A stretch of 64,000 nucleotides of DNA from Mytilus edulis (GCF_963676685.1 NC_092356.1:29388001-29452000), one strand, 5' to 3'; counted from the stretch's first letter, positions 12,901 to 26,597 are shown. Notes: a model not told the origin generated them from the sequence alone. Numbers and translations: made by a program.

Positions 12901-15900
12901 CTAAATTTGTTTGGATGTGTACTAATTGCTATTTGGTAAGAAATTGTTAAACATTCATTGAGACATCTTTTATTTAAATTTTTTAACAACAACAACAACA
13001 AAAAATCTTTCTTTATACTAAATCTGTTGGATGTGTACTGATTGATAGCTTAGCATTGGATATCAAATTGGTAGGAACTTGTTTTATATTTAATATATAA
13101 AGTCTACTAAGGGGTACATCTTTTACTTATGAGTTGAATTTTGGCTTTTAACTAGCTTTTAGATCAGTACTGTCATGACTGTGTGTCTTTTGTTTTTGTT
13201 TTGTGCTTAGGACTGATTTGAGACAACATATTTCAATTTTTATATGACCGCCAAATTTTTGGGGGGTATATTGGTATCACGTTGTCGTGATAAAAAAAAT
13301 CTAAGTTCATTAGACCACATTCAGTCTTTGTCAGAAACCTTTACTGTGTCAACTGTTTAATCACAATTCAAATTCAGAGCTGTATCAAGCTTGAATGTTG
13401 TGTCCATACTTGCCCCAACTGTTCAGGATTCGACCTCTGCTGTCGTGTAAAGCTGCGCCCTGCGGAGCATCTGGTTACAATTAGGTGCATGGTTTATCTT
13501 CAACTGTAGTTTTTATTAGTTTATGAAAGAAAGATGTGGGTGTAGTACAGCAACACAACAACAACAAAATTTTAAAATATGCATTTATGCATGCATTATT
13601 ATATCATTGGTATTTTACCTTCAATATATTTGTGCCATGTTCAGTTTATTTAAGAAAAAAACGTTGAACTTTCTTACAGTTTTTGAATATTCTGATACAT
13701 TTCAGAAATTAAAGAAACCTACATGTTTTCACTCAGTTTGAAATATTATAATTCTTATACATTTCAGGTAAGACTTGTACTAGCCTGTATTTTAAGTCCA
13801 ATATTGATAGTACTTGGAGTACTGATTGCTAAGCTGTATAATGATTCAGGAAAACTTATTTTTAGAACAGTTGGAGCAAATACTGAGCAGCAAGCAATGT
13901 GTAAAACAATGTTTGCATTTTTTGGACTCTTAAAATTTGACCTACAATTAGGGGTAGGTATAATTCTGTTATTTCTACAGAATATATATGTTTTATATTC
14001 TTAATGTTTTTAATTTTTAACCGGATTTTTTTGACAAATGTCGGTTATTGATTTGGGGATATACGGCAGGTGGTTGGGTGGTCGGGCGGGCGGCAACCAA
14101 ATGTTGTCCGTTCATTTACTCATGAACCATTCAACCAAAGCTTTTCAAATTTTAATATGTTGTTACAGACAACAAAATGAAGGTCAAGTTCAATAATGAC
14201 GATTTTGACTTTTACCGTTCAGGAGTTATGGTTCTTGAAAGATTGAAAAATGGCATTTCCAGTCGTGTCCGTGCATTTACGCATGAACCATTTAACCAAA
14301 GCTTTTCAAATTTTAATATGTTGTTACAGACAACAAAATGAAGGTCAAGTTCAATAATGACGATTTTGACTTTTACCGTTCAGGAGTTATGGTTCTTGAA
14401 AGATTGAAAAATGGCTTTTCCAGTCGTGTCCATGCATTTACTGATGAACCATTCAACCTAAGCTTTTCAAATTTTAATATGTTGATACTGATGACAAAAT
14501 GGAGGTCAAATTTGATATTGACGATTTTCACTTTCACCGTTCATCAGTTATGGTTCTTGAAAGATTGAAAAATGGCTTTTCCAGTCGTGTCCGTGCATTT
14601 ACTCCCGATGAACCATTCAACCTAAGCTTTTCAAATTTTAATATGTTGATACTGATGACAAAATGGAGGTCAAATTTGATATTGACGATTTTCACTTTCA
14701 CCGTTCATCAGTTATGGTTCTTGTGATATTGGCAGGACACAAATAAATGTTAATAAATCCAGTTTGCTGTCCTTGTGACAGCTTCTTGTTGTCATTAGAA
14801 TGCTTTTCCCAACTGAAGATATTTTTAATTCTTATACCCATGTGCGATAGCAGATTTTGTTTTATAATCAGATGCATGTTCAGTTTACATACACTGTGAG
14901 CTTCAATTAGTTAAGAAATTCCATAGCTTATCTCATTTAAAACATAATTTCACTTAAGACAGGCCCCAGTTAAAACAGAGTTTGGTATAAATAAGTCTTG
15001 TATTTTGTGTATTGCTGTTGCATTTCATTTAAGAAAAGTTTTTTTTATTGACAAATGTATGTAATGAAATCAATAGAATAAATGTCCGTTGCTCTTTATA
15101 TTTAGTCAACATGGTAGCAGTACACTCTAGACATTCTAAGATTAAAGAATACCCACAACAATGTGTGTAGTCCCATCAATATTAACATACAAAGGATAAG
15201 TTAAATTGGTGACATGTAGACATATAAATATTTATTAATATGTTATAATAGATGTAATTGACAATTTAATGCATTAAATTGCAAAAGTTAATTTGTTTAT
15301 TTGAGAATAATTTAATTTTGGATGTAACACGTCTTCTGATTGGCTGACGTTATTTTGTTATCAGCCCATAGACATAATTAAGTCATGTGACCGTGACGTC
15401 ATCAACTTTTTTTCATTGTTTTCTACGGTTTAAAATGGAATTTAGAATTAAATTATAAGAAATGACTGTAATATTTTTTTCTGTCTATTCGAAATAACAT
15501 AAAAAATGTGGTGCACACTGTTAAATAACCCGCTACGCGCGTTATTCAGTGTGCACCAAATTTTGTTTGTTATTTCTTCATAGACAGAAAAAATATTAAA
15601 CTCATTCCTTAATGAAAACAAAAAAGTTTTAATCGTTTTATTTTGTTTACAGTTAAGTATGGTGGTATTGATCCTTACAAATGGAACCAAGACAGATACC
15701 CAAGACATTGTCATTTTATCAGTGGGACCTGTTTATACTGTTATTTGTTTTTTACTTGGATATCTCAGTGTAAGTTTATTCGGTTGTTCCTTTTTCATTC
15801 TGTTCCTTGTTCATTCATCCATTCAATCATTCTTTTATTTTGACTTTAAGATTTATTATTTATTTATATATTGCCTTCTTCATTCATTCATTTCATAATC

Positions 15901-18900
15901 TATTTCATTGATATATTCATTCATTCGTTCATTCATTCATTTGTGCATTCATTCATTCATTCATTCATTTGTTCATTTATTCATTTGTTTTTTCTTCAAC
16001 ACTTATTCCTTTATGTATTCATTGTGGATATTTATGATTTGATTTTGACTCATTCATGTTTTACATTATAATCTGATGCTCCTTTAAAACAGCTAGTCTA
16101 AGACCGAATTCAACTACAATTAACACATATTCTTCATCAGGACATGAAGTTGTGTACCTGCTTTAACCAGAGTGTTATTGTTTATTTTATTTTGAAATGG
16201 CAGGTGACACACATATTTCCTTTAAGACTCACATTGGTCTGAATCAGGGATTGATTGATTGATTGATTTATTGGTGTTCAACACCATTTTGGTACTATTG
16301 GCTATTATGTGATAATCAGTTTTTTATTGGTTTGGAGGAAGACAGAGTGTCTGGAGAGACCCACAGACATGCTTTAGGAAAACTAACAATCCTAGCTAGT
16401 CCATTAAGTTTAGAGTGGAACACACCTGCTGTTTGTGGGATTTGAACTTAAACCTTCAGTGTTGACAGACTAGTGATTCAGTAGGTCGCCTAGTTCAGCC
16501 TTGACGGCCCAGAAGACTGATTTGTTGCAACAGTTGACATAATTTACTCTTTAACTCTAAGTCAATGTATAAATTAATAGGTTACTGGATTATTTATCCC
16601 TTGAAATATATTATACAAGTATTTTTGCCTTGTGAGATTTGTTATGAAATGAGTACCATATATTTAATCTATTTATAATTTCTTAATTCTGACATGATAT
16701 ACTTAATATATTGATTGATAAATGAAACTTTGTCATGCATGCTAACACTATATTTGAATTCTTTTTTTAAACTTTTTTTTTTACATTTTCCAGGTGCGAT
16801 GGGAAAACAGAAAACTGGCTATAGCTTTTGGGATTTCATTGTTAACTCAACCAGGCTATATTTTATACAAAATTATTCAGGTAATATAAAAAGAAGATGT
16901 GGTATGATTGCAAACGAGACAACTATCCACAAAAGACCAAAATGACACAGACATTAACAACTATAGGTCACCGTACAGCCTTCAACAATGAGCAAAGCCC
17001 ATACCACATAGTCAGCTTTAATAGGCCCCGATAAGACAACGTAAAACAATTCAAACGAGAAAACTAACGGCCTTATTTATGTAAAAAAAATGAATGAAAA
17101 ACAAATATGTAACACATAAACAAACAACAACCACTGAATTACAGGCTCCTGACTTGGGACAGGCACATACATAAATAATGTGGCGGGGTTAAACATCTTA
17201 GCGGGATTGATTGTTAAAAGTGGTTATTTCTATGAATTATTGGATACTGATTGATGTAATAGTAACTCCAATCCTACTAACTTGTTTTCAACCTTCTATT
17301 ACAACTTTATTTTGGTTCTAGAAGGAAGATGATATTTTTGAGAAGGATTTATACCTTTAAAATGCACCCAAACAGCCAAAAATTAAAATGATAATACATT
17401 GCTCAAGTAATCAAAGTAAACAATTTACACAAATACATTAGGTTTGTTTGAATTTGTATACCTTTTTATTGGCACCAATTATTATTTATTGAGAACACGT
17501 TTTTTTTGGTGGCTATTTTCTCTATTCTTTTTTTTTCCCCCATTTTTCTGGGCCACTATTCCATAAACCCCATCCACTCCCTCCAGTATCGGTACTTTAT
17601 ATTAACTTTGGGGGAAAAAACCCTTCAAACTTAACATTGTCTTTCCCTGTCTTTCTAGAAACCTTTAGAATTCCAAAGTATTCTGCCTTTAAATTTTTAG
17701 AATGATTTGTTTTGCTTTCAGACTGGTGAGAATATAAATGACGGGAACTTGGCCTTGGCAGCTACCACGTTTACATGTGCTGCACTTGCACTCATTATTC
17801 GTATTAGTGTTGCAATATTTGCAGTAAGAACATACCTGAATTTTGGATATGGTTTATCAGAAAAAGGTAAAACTCTTGATGTAGACTTTGTTTAGCATCT
17901 ATTTGAATACCTAGTTACTTCAAATTCCAAGACCTATCATGCCTTAATTGGTCAATAGCTAGATTCATATAACATCTCTTTAGTTTAAAAAGCAAAATTT
18001 TGGGATGAACTTCAATGAGACAACAACCTAATATACAATAACCAGTATATTTTCATAAAAAGTGTCCATACCTGAAGCTCTGTCTTGTCTCTAGATGTTT
18101 GAAAAAAAAATTCCTTTATGAATAGATTGCTTCTTTTGTATTTTTGAAAAGTCATAATATGGTATGATTTTAAAATGTAAGAATAAGAAGATGAGGTATG
18201 ATTTCCAATAAGAGTATTTTCCTGTAGTGACAAAATGAAGAAGATGTTAGCAACTATAAGTTGTCGTGACAGCTTTGAACAAAGGGCAAAACTCATTCTT
18301 CTTGAAATATTCCTTATTTTTTTATTATCCAATATTTGATTGGATATTGCCATCATTTGCAAATTCTTCTTGGTAGCCAACAAGAATTTCACTCACCTAG
18401 GTCATTTTGTTGGTGGTTTTCAATGCATCTGAGATTAAGAACACACACACGTAGTATAATATGTTTGGATATATTTGCAGTTGGAAATTGATAAAAATTC
18501 ATTGTTCAATTCCATGTCTTTTTTAGTTCACCTGGCCCAAAGGGCCAAGTGAGCTTTTCTCATCACTTTGCGTCTGTCGTCCGGCGTCGTCCGGCGTCGT
18601 CTGTTAACTTTTACAAAAATCTTCTCCTCTGAAACTACTGTGCCAAATTAAACCAAACTTGGCCACAATCATCATTGGGGTATCTAGTTAAAAAAATGTG
18701 TGGCCTGACCCGACCAACCAACCAAGATGGCCACCATGGCTTAAAATAGAACATAGGGGTAAAATGCAGTTTTTGGCTTATAACTCAAATACCAAAGCAT
18801 TCAGAGCAAATCTGACATTGGGTAAAATGTTATCAGTTCAAAATCTATCTGCCCTGAAATTTTCAGATGAATTGGACAACCTGTTGTTGGTTGCTGCCCC

Positions 18901-19498
18901 TAAATTGGTAATTTTAAGGAAATTTTACTGTTTTTGGTTATTATCTTGAATATTATTATAGATAGAGATAAACTGTAAACAGCAATAATGTACAGCAAAG
19001 TAAGATTTACAAATAAGTCAACATGACTGAAATGGTCAATTGACCCCCTAAGGAGTTATTGTCCTTTATAGTCAATTTTTAACAATTTTTATAAAATTTG
19101 TAAATTTTTACTAACATTTTCCACTGAAACTACTGGGCCAAGTTCATTATAGATAGAGATAACTGTCAGCAGCAAGAATGTTCAGTAAAGTAAGACGTAC
19201 AAACACATCACCATCACCAAAACACAATTTTGTCATGAATCCATCTGCTTCCTTTGTTTAATATTCACATCGACCGAGGTGAGCGACACAGGCTCTTTAG
19301 AGCCTCTAGTTTCTGTGTTTTCATGAAAATGATGTCATTTAACTAAGATCATTAACTATAACCACTAATGAATATTTATTTCTATACATTTTAGTTTTTC
19401 CAATGTCAAAACATAGAAGTGTTACCGATGGATCAAAAGACATTCAGGATTCTCCTACAAGACATTCTGAAGAAGGATTGAAACAGGATGACAGCTAA
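9902..19498 (+). CDS. Uncharacterised multi-pass (about 7-8 TM) membrane protein, 347 aa; possibly UPF0658 (Golgi membrane protein)-related
   Basis: Exons 9902-9997, 11803-11974, 12695-12831, 13768-13953, 15653-15769, 16794-16880, 17722-17866, 19395-19498(TAA). All GT-AG, phases 0,1,0,0,0,0,1 consistent, total 1044 nt. Hydrophobic helices are separated by ERPYE, LLKFDLQ, VRWEN and NFGYGLSEK. The family assignment is from remembered motif similarity only. Confidence 0.88.
11222..11370. repeat. Tandem repeat, ~3 copies of a 49-57-bp unit
   Basis: AAAATATTTTTGGTCCTGTCGATTCTTGTTTATTTTGTAATA at ~11222, 11279, 11328. Confidence 0.75.
14017..14790 (+). mobile_element. HINE-like element with ~4 x 161-bp internal tandem repeats
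   Basis: Starts AACCGGATTT, then a (GGCG)n tract and 161-bp units; ends AAATCC(A/G)GTT plus hairpin GCTGTC..GACAGC and CTTGTT. Same family as 42317-43407. Confidence 0.75.
15810..15990. repeat. Degenerate (ATTC)n microsatellite
   Basis: Repeated TTCATTCATTCA tracts in intron 5 of the membrane-protein gene. Confidence 0.7.
16884..17207 (-). mobile_element. SINE-like interspersed repeat (same family as 24464-24715)
   Basis: ATATAAAAAGAAGATGTGGTATGATTG... Further copies at ~10692-10795, 12150-12262, 12395-12495, 33405-33557 and 45100-45390 share this end and are variably truncated at the other. Confidence 0.65.
18523..19311 (+). mobile_element. Helitron/HINE-like element, one ~500-bp internal unit
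   Basis: 5' AG(C/T)TCACCTGGCCC..GGGCC..GTGAGCT palindrome and (CGTC)n tract; 3' GGTGAGCGA, hairpin AGGCTCTTTAGAGCCT and CTAGT end. Confidence 0.75.
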
Positions 19499-20448
19499 GG
19501 GAATTAACTCCGCAAGCAAAGCTTTCTGTATTATTCTCTGTTTGAATACTGTAAATTCATAAATTGATTTGTGCTTTTATCATTGCGAAATACCGATGAC
19601 TGGTAAAAATATCACATCTTGTTAGCACAAATAAAAAATATTTGTGTCAGATGAAAAATCACTGATGAAATTATAAATGCAAGTTTTTATTTTTACAAAT
19701 CTGACAATATAGAATTTTTACCATTGATAAAAACATAGCAATAATTTCTGAATTTACAATAGTGTGGATTTATTTATTTGTAGATACTAATTATATATAT
19801 ATATATATATATATAATTTTCGTGGGCTCAGGAAAAATTGTTAATTCGTGGATATTTGAATTTGTGATTTTGCCGATATTTGCAAACAAACATGTATAGA
19901 AAACTTGTACTTTGTTGAAAATCTGAATTTGTTGTTAACTTCCACTCACAAATCTACGAAAATTGGTATCCCACCAATTATTCTGAATCCACAAAATTCC
20001 ATTTTTTTTATTATCAAATGATACTAAATACTGTTATATTTTTCTAATTATTTAAAATATTATTATTTCTTGTTATTATGTTATTTGTTACTTTTATGAT
20101 AATACTACTGCAAGTTGTTGGATATAGGAAGTTTTATGACTTTTGAGACAAGATTTAACCTGTACAATAGAATACAGAACATTATCCATATCTTATATAA
20201 CATCATATTACATGATACAAACCACAAATTAAAATGCAATTTACCAAAATTCAGGGTAATCAAAGGGTTAAAGAATCCATGAATTGTGTGCTTCCATGTA
20301 TTGTTGTATTTAAACTAATTTGTATAATGACTTCTTACTTATTATATTATATTATAATATTGCATTATATTAATAGAATTGAAATTTATTCTGATAATTC
20401 ATCGTATTGTTTTTCATTAAGGGACCAATTGTCATAATTTTCTTTTTA

Positions 20449-22747
20449 TTAGCTCACCTGGCCCGAAGGGCCAAGTGAGCTTTTCTCATCACTTGGCGTC
20501 CGTCGTCCGTCGTCCGTCGTCGTCCGTCGTCCGTCGTCGTCGTCCGTCGTCGTTAACTTTTACAAAAATCTTCTCCTCTGAAACTACTGGGCCAAATCAA
20601 ACCAAACTTGGCCACAATCATCATTGGGGTATCTAGTTTAAAAAATGTGTGGCGTGACCCGGTCAACCAACCAAGATGGCCGCCACGGCTAAAAATAGAA
20701 CATAGGGGTAAAATGCAGTTTTTGGCTTATAACTCAAAAACCAAAGCATTTAGAGCAAATCTGACATGGGGTAAAAATGTTTATCAGGTCAAGATCTATC
20801 TGCCCTGAAATTTTCAGATGAATCGGTCAATCGGTTGTTGGGTTGCTGCCCCTGAATTGGTAATTTTGAGGAAATTTTGCTGTTTTTGGTTATTATCTTG
20901 AATATTATTATAGATAGAGATAAACTGTAAACAGCAATAATGTTCAGCAAAGTAAGATCTACAAATAAGTCAACATGACCAAAATGGTCAGTTGACCCGT
21001 TTAGGAGTTATTGCCCTTTATAGTCAATTTTTAACCATTTTTCGTTAATTAAAGTAATCTTTTACAAAAATCTTCTCCTCTGAAACTACTGGGCCAAATT
21101 AATCCAAACTTGGCCACAATCATCTTTGGGGTATCTAGTTTAAAAAATGTGTGGCGTGACCTGGTCAACCAACCAAGATGGCCGCCACGGCTAAAAATAG
21201 AACAAAGGGGTAAAATGCAGTTTTTGGCTTATAACTCAAAAACCAAAGCATTTTGAGGAAATCTGACGGGATAAAAATGTTTATCAGGTCAAGATCTATC
21301 TGCCCTGAAATTTTCAGATGAATCAGTCAATCGGTTGTTGGGTTGCTGCCCCTGAATTGGTAATTTTGAGGAAATTTTGCTGTTTTTGGTTATTATCTTG
21401 AATATTATTATAGATAGAGATAAACTGTAAACAGCAATAATGTTCAGCAAAGTAAGATCTACAAATAAGTCAACATGACCAAAATGGTCAGTTGACCCGT
21501 TTAGGAGTTATTGCCCTTTATAGTCAATTTTAACCATTTTTCATAAATTAAATTAATCTTTTACAAAAATCTTCTCCTCTGAAACTACTGGGCCAAATTA
21601 ATCCAAACTTGGCCACAATCATCTTTGGGGTATCTAGTTTAAAAAATGTGTGGCGTGACCTGGTCAACCAACCAAGATGGCCGCCACCGCTAAAAATAGA
21701 ACATAGGGGTAAAATGCAGTTTTTGGCTTATAACTCAAAAATCAAAGCATTTTGAGGAAATCTGACATGGGATAAAAATGTTTATCAGGTCAAGATCTAT
21801 CTGCCCTGAAATTTTCAGATGAATCGGTCAATCGGTTGTTGGGTTGCTGCCCCTGAATTGGTAATTTTGAGGAAATTTTGCTGTTTTTGGTTATTATCTT
21901 GAATATTATTATAGATAGAGATAAACTGTAAACAGCAATAATGTTCAGCAAAGTAAGATCTACAAATAAGTCAACATGACCAAAATGGTCAGTTGACCCC
22001 TTTAGGAGTTATTGCCCTTTATAGTCAATCTTTAACCATTTTTCATAAATCTAAGTAATCTTTTACAAAATCTCCACTGAAACTACTAGGCCACAATCAT
22101 CTTTGGGGTATCTAGTTTGAAAAATGTGTCCGATGACCTGGCCATTCAACTAAGATGGCCGCCACGGCTAAAAATAGAACATAGGGGTAAAATGCAGTTT
22201 TTGGCTTATAACTATGAATTCAAAGCATCTAGAGCAAATCTGACAAGAAGTTGAATTGTTAATCAAGTCAATATCTATCTGCCCTGAATTTTTCAGATGA
22301 ATTGGACAACTGGTTGTTGGGTTGCTGCCCTCCAATTGGTAATTTTTAAAGAAATTTTGCCGTTTTTGGTTATCTTGAATACTATTATAGATAGCGATAA
22401 ACTGTAAACAGCAATAATGTTCAGCAAAGTAAGATCTACAAATAAGTCAACATGACCTAAATGGTCAATTGACCCCTTAAGGAGTTATTGCCCTTTATAG
22501 TCAATTTTTAACAATTTTCATTAATTTGGTAAATATATGTAAATTTTTACCAAATATAGTTCTCTGTTACTAATGGGCAAAGTTCATTATAGATATAATT
22601 GTAAGAAGCAAAATCGTTCAGTAAAGTAAGAACTTCAAACACATCACCATCACCAAAATACAATTTTGTCATGAATCCATTTGTGTCCTTTGTTTAATAT
22701 GCACATAGACCAAGGTGAGCGACACAGGCTCTTTAGAGCCTCTAGTT
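20449..22747 (+). mobile_element. Helitron/HINE-like element, four ~500-bp internal tandem units
   Basis: Same termini as 18523-19311; internal units start at ~20561, 21063, 21562, 22064. Confidence 0.8.
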
Positions 22748-24463
22748 TAGCCTTCTTTACGCAAGTTTTTAATGAAACTACAAATCCAGAGTAAATACTG
22801 TTATAAATATCAACCTCAAGTGCCAAACATGTTTTTACACATAAAAGAGTGAGTTTTTGTTGAATTGAAATCCATTTTTAATTGAATTTATTGATTGAAA
22901 TCCAATACCGGATAATGAAGATATCCTGTTGCAGCTTAAAAGAAGTTTTAGTTGAACTTAAGGTCAAGTTATGGTAGATAATTTATGAGTTTGCATTTAA
23001 TTTGGCATTTTCAATTTGACCTAGAACTTCTCTTAAAATGGTCCGATATATTTTAATAGAATTTTAAAAGGAAGATTTAACAACCAAATTGTTTTTCTTC
23101 TCTAGAATAAATGTGATACTTGTAAAATGTATCATGGTTAACATTTATTTTGATTTCAGTTGTTTGAAAGCATTTAATATTTGTATATTTGATTAAATTT
23201 GCTTTAACAAATATTTTTTTTATTTTACTTAATATATTTTGATTAATAAGACTTCTCACTAAGAATTATAAATACTATGATTTTTTTAATTCAGTGTTTA
23301 ATTCTTTTAGAAATGTGAGATAATTTTATCATAAATGAAAAACACTTTTTAACTTAGATTTTCCTTTACTTGCCTGTTGAATTACTCAAATTTTTTTTTT
23401 AGAACATGTGTATCACTAGAATGTTTTAAGAACTGAAGATTAGAATAATGCTCCAGATTTTATAGGTAGCTTAACTTTACGTATTCCTGATGAAGCTTGT
23501 CCTGAAAATCCATTAAAAAGCAGAGATGAACATGGTTTAGATAAAGCATGAATAAAGCAATCATAATAACCTTAGTTTTCACACAGCATTTTTACTTAAG
23601 CATTATTATTTTGTTTAATATTTGGCATTTAAGTTCAGAATATTTGAAACAATTGCTGTAATTCCTGTTAGTTACCATGGCATTGTCATACATTTATACA
23701 TAATATGACATTACACACTTTTTTTTTGTTAAATATGTTGTTAAAAATAGATTTATATAACTACAATGTTATGCTTTCAATTCAAGATTATTTTAAGATT
23801 GTAGGTTAACATTCCTTCTGAATATTGATGTATTTGACTGTTTGTGCATTCTGGTTTCTTGCATTCACTTTTAAAAGACCATATATATTTTATAAATGGT
23901 TAAAAAAAATAGCTATGACATTCAATTCAAGTTTTGACGGGCAGCAATATTTATACTAAATTTATATTAAGTAAAACAAATGTTTTACTCAAAGATGTTT
24001 AATTGTGATATATGATAATCAAAAATATTTATTGACAGTAGAGCTTTGATTTCTTGTTTATTAACAATAAGTAGAACCCTATTATTAAGTACCTGAAAGG
24101 TTAATACTATACTTGAAATAATGTAGAACTGGAATTGACACATAAGAACAATTTTAAGGGGTTCTTGAATGTTCAAGAAATGGAACTTTTACTGTATACT
24201 AATGTTATAATTTTGTTAACTGTATTATTTGTTTGTAAATAGAAATCCTGTTTGTTATAGCTTATAATTATAAGGCTGTCAGTATTATTTAATATATTTA
24301 TTTAATTGTTATCTAGAAACAAATCAGTGTAACTTGCAATCCATTTCTTTGCTTTGAAAAGAACCTTTTTAGATATTTAAAAAAAGTAGTTCTGAAACAT
24401 TGTTTAGTTATATATGTAACAGCAAAATCAACCCTCCTTTAAAAGTAGACTAGTCTGACAGGT

Positions 24464-24715
24464 CAGTGGTTGTCGTTTGTTTATGTGTTACATATTTGTT
24501 TTTCGTTCATTTTTTTATATAAATAAGGCAGTTAGTTTTCTCGTTTGAATTGTTTTACATTGTCTTATCGGGGCCTTTTATAGCTGACTATGCGGTATGG
24601 GCTTTGCTCATTGTTGAAGACCGTACGGTGACCTATAGTTGTTGATGTCTGTGTAATTTTGGTCTCTTGTGGACAGTTGTCTCATTGGCAATCATACCAC
24701 ATCTTCTTTTTTATA
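24464..24715 (+). mobile_element. SINE-like interspersed repeat with 13-bp target-site duplication
   Basis: TAGTCTGACAGGT at 24451-24463 and 24716-24728. Ends in CATACCACATCTTCTTTTTTATA, the end shared by the other copies. Confidence 0.7.
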
Positions 24716-25155
24716 TAGTCTGACAGGTTACCTATCTATCTGTCTGTAGGACTAAACTACTCCGAAAGGAGGATAATTTACCTAACCTAATAATGATTCC
24801 ATGGTTCAGCTAGCTAGCAAGCTTACCTTTGCCTACACACTCAAGGCATTATGCCAGGGAAAAAAATGAAAATTTCTGTGATATATTTAGAATATTGTCA
24901 AACTTTTTTTAATTGCAAATCTAAAATTTATATTCGCAATATAAAATGTTTTGAAATTGAATTGACCTAAGAGGCCACCACGAGATTCATGACCATTTTT
25001 TTTTTACAGTAGTAAATAGTAAGTTAAATTCGTCTCAGGTTTTGTGATTTTTTGTAAGCCAATTATATAAAGCTGATATTAGTATTTTAATCCCTGTATA
25101 ATTATCTTTTAAGGGGTACAATATCAGCCAGTCTGTTCATCTGTTACTGTGTTTA

Positions 25156-25523
25156 CTTGTGTCTCTCTTGACCTTATCTTTGTCCTCTGTCCTTGTATCT
25201 CTCTTGACCTTATCTTTGTCCTCTGTCCTTGTATCTCTCTTGACCTTATCTTTGTCCTCTGTCCTTGTATCTCTCTTGACCTTATCTTTGTCCTCTGTCC
25301 TTGTATCTCTCTTGACCTTATCTTTGTCCTCTGTCCTTGTGTCTCTCTTGACCTTATCTTTGTCCTCTGTCCTTGTGTCTCTCTTGACCTTATCTTTGTC
25401 CTCTGTCCTTGTATCTCTCTTGACCTTATCTTTGTCCTCTGTCCTTGTATCTCTCTTGACCTTATCTTTGTCCTCTGTCCTTGTATCTCTCTTGACCTTA
25501 TCTTTGTCCTCTGTCCTTGTATC
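25156..25523. repeat. 36-bp minisatellite, ~10 near-perfect copies
   Basis: Unit CTTGT(A/G)TCTCTCTTGACCTTATCTTTGTCCTCTGTC. Confidence 0.95.
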
Positions 25524-26553
25524 ATGCATATTTATTTGGGAAATCAGATTTCCCACAAATAAATTCAATATGATACTTCCCCACTCTTGAGAGTTGATTT
25601 TTAAAAATTTAATACACTTTACAAGCTTCAAGTTTTAAATTTGAAAATGTAACTGTCTCACATGTAGAAATGTTGAATCAAACTTTATACTTTGGTGGAC
25701 TATACATATCTTTATATAAAATATGCAAATTAGATGCTCTGATTCCTTGTGTGATTCCAATCATACTTTTATACATAAACTGTATTTTATACATTTTGTC
25801 ATACATGTATTAGTAAGATGTTCTAGATCATTTATTTGTACCATCTTTTAAGTTAATACACATTTTGAGTACCCACCTTTATCATTCTACATGTTTTGCA
25901 ATACGTACAGGGTAGATTTCTATTATATTGATCTACATGTAGGCTGCACATTTTGGTCCATTGATGCTTTCTAGTAAAGAAAGCATATTATATTTGCTTA
26001 ATTGACCAAGTTTGAGCTAAAACTAAGTAAAACATGTAAAAGGACTTATTGTCTAATTTTTTTCATTTTTTTCATTTTCTATAAGATTATTTTCATCACT
26101 TAATTAGCATTTATTATTTAACATTTCTACATTTTCAAATGTATAAGTATTTCTTATTTAGAATTTCTATTTTTTCAAATGTATACAAATCTAAAACAAA
26201 GTAATTTCATAACAGTCATGACAGTTTGAATTTTAAAATATTTCCATTAGCACCGAAAAGAGTTGAATATGAAATGTAGATAAAGAACATTAATTTAGAT
26301 GCATTAAAATATTATTTTGATTTCTTATATGATTTTACTGCTAACTTCCACTTCTTCAGTATTTTAAACCAAGATAAAGATACATTTGAGTAGGATGATA
26401 AGATATATATATTGAAGGATGATTTTTAAAAATATTTATCTTTATATTTAAGCTCTGATTCCTTTCACGGATTTGGCTATACTTTTTGGACCTTTTGGGT
26501 TATAGCTCTTCATCTTTTATATAAGCTTTGGATTTCAAATATTTTGGCCGAGA

Positions 26554-26597
26554 GCATCACTGAAGAGACATGTATTGTCGAAATGCGCATCTGGTGC
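26554..26597 (+). ncRNA. Minimal type I hammerhead ribozyme (Penelope/retrozyme type), core intact
   Basis: GCAUCA-CUGAAGA-GACA(UGUAU)UGUC-GAAA-U(GCGC)A-UC-UGGUGC: stems I, II and III pair; core CUGANGA/GAAA; AUC triplet with predicted cleavage after 26591. Confidence 0.75.

Noticed and set aside
14338-14726. Repeated ~76-aa ORFs (also 42475-42866, 18698-18949, 20608-20808, 2757-3053)
   Set aside because: They lie within internal tandem units of non-autonomous elements and show no transposase, Rep/helicase or RT motifs.
25124-25631. Four overlapping 133-164-aa ORFs with 12-aa repeats; also a superficially CRISPR-like 36-bp periodicity
   Set aside because: Artefact of a stop-free 36-bp minisatellite. 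There are no spacers and no cas genes, and no splice context links it to a gene.
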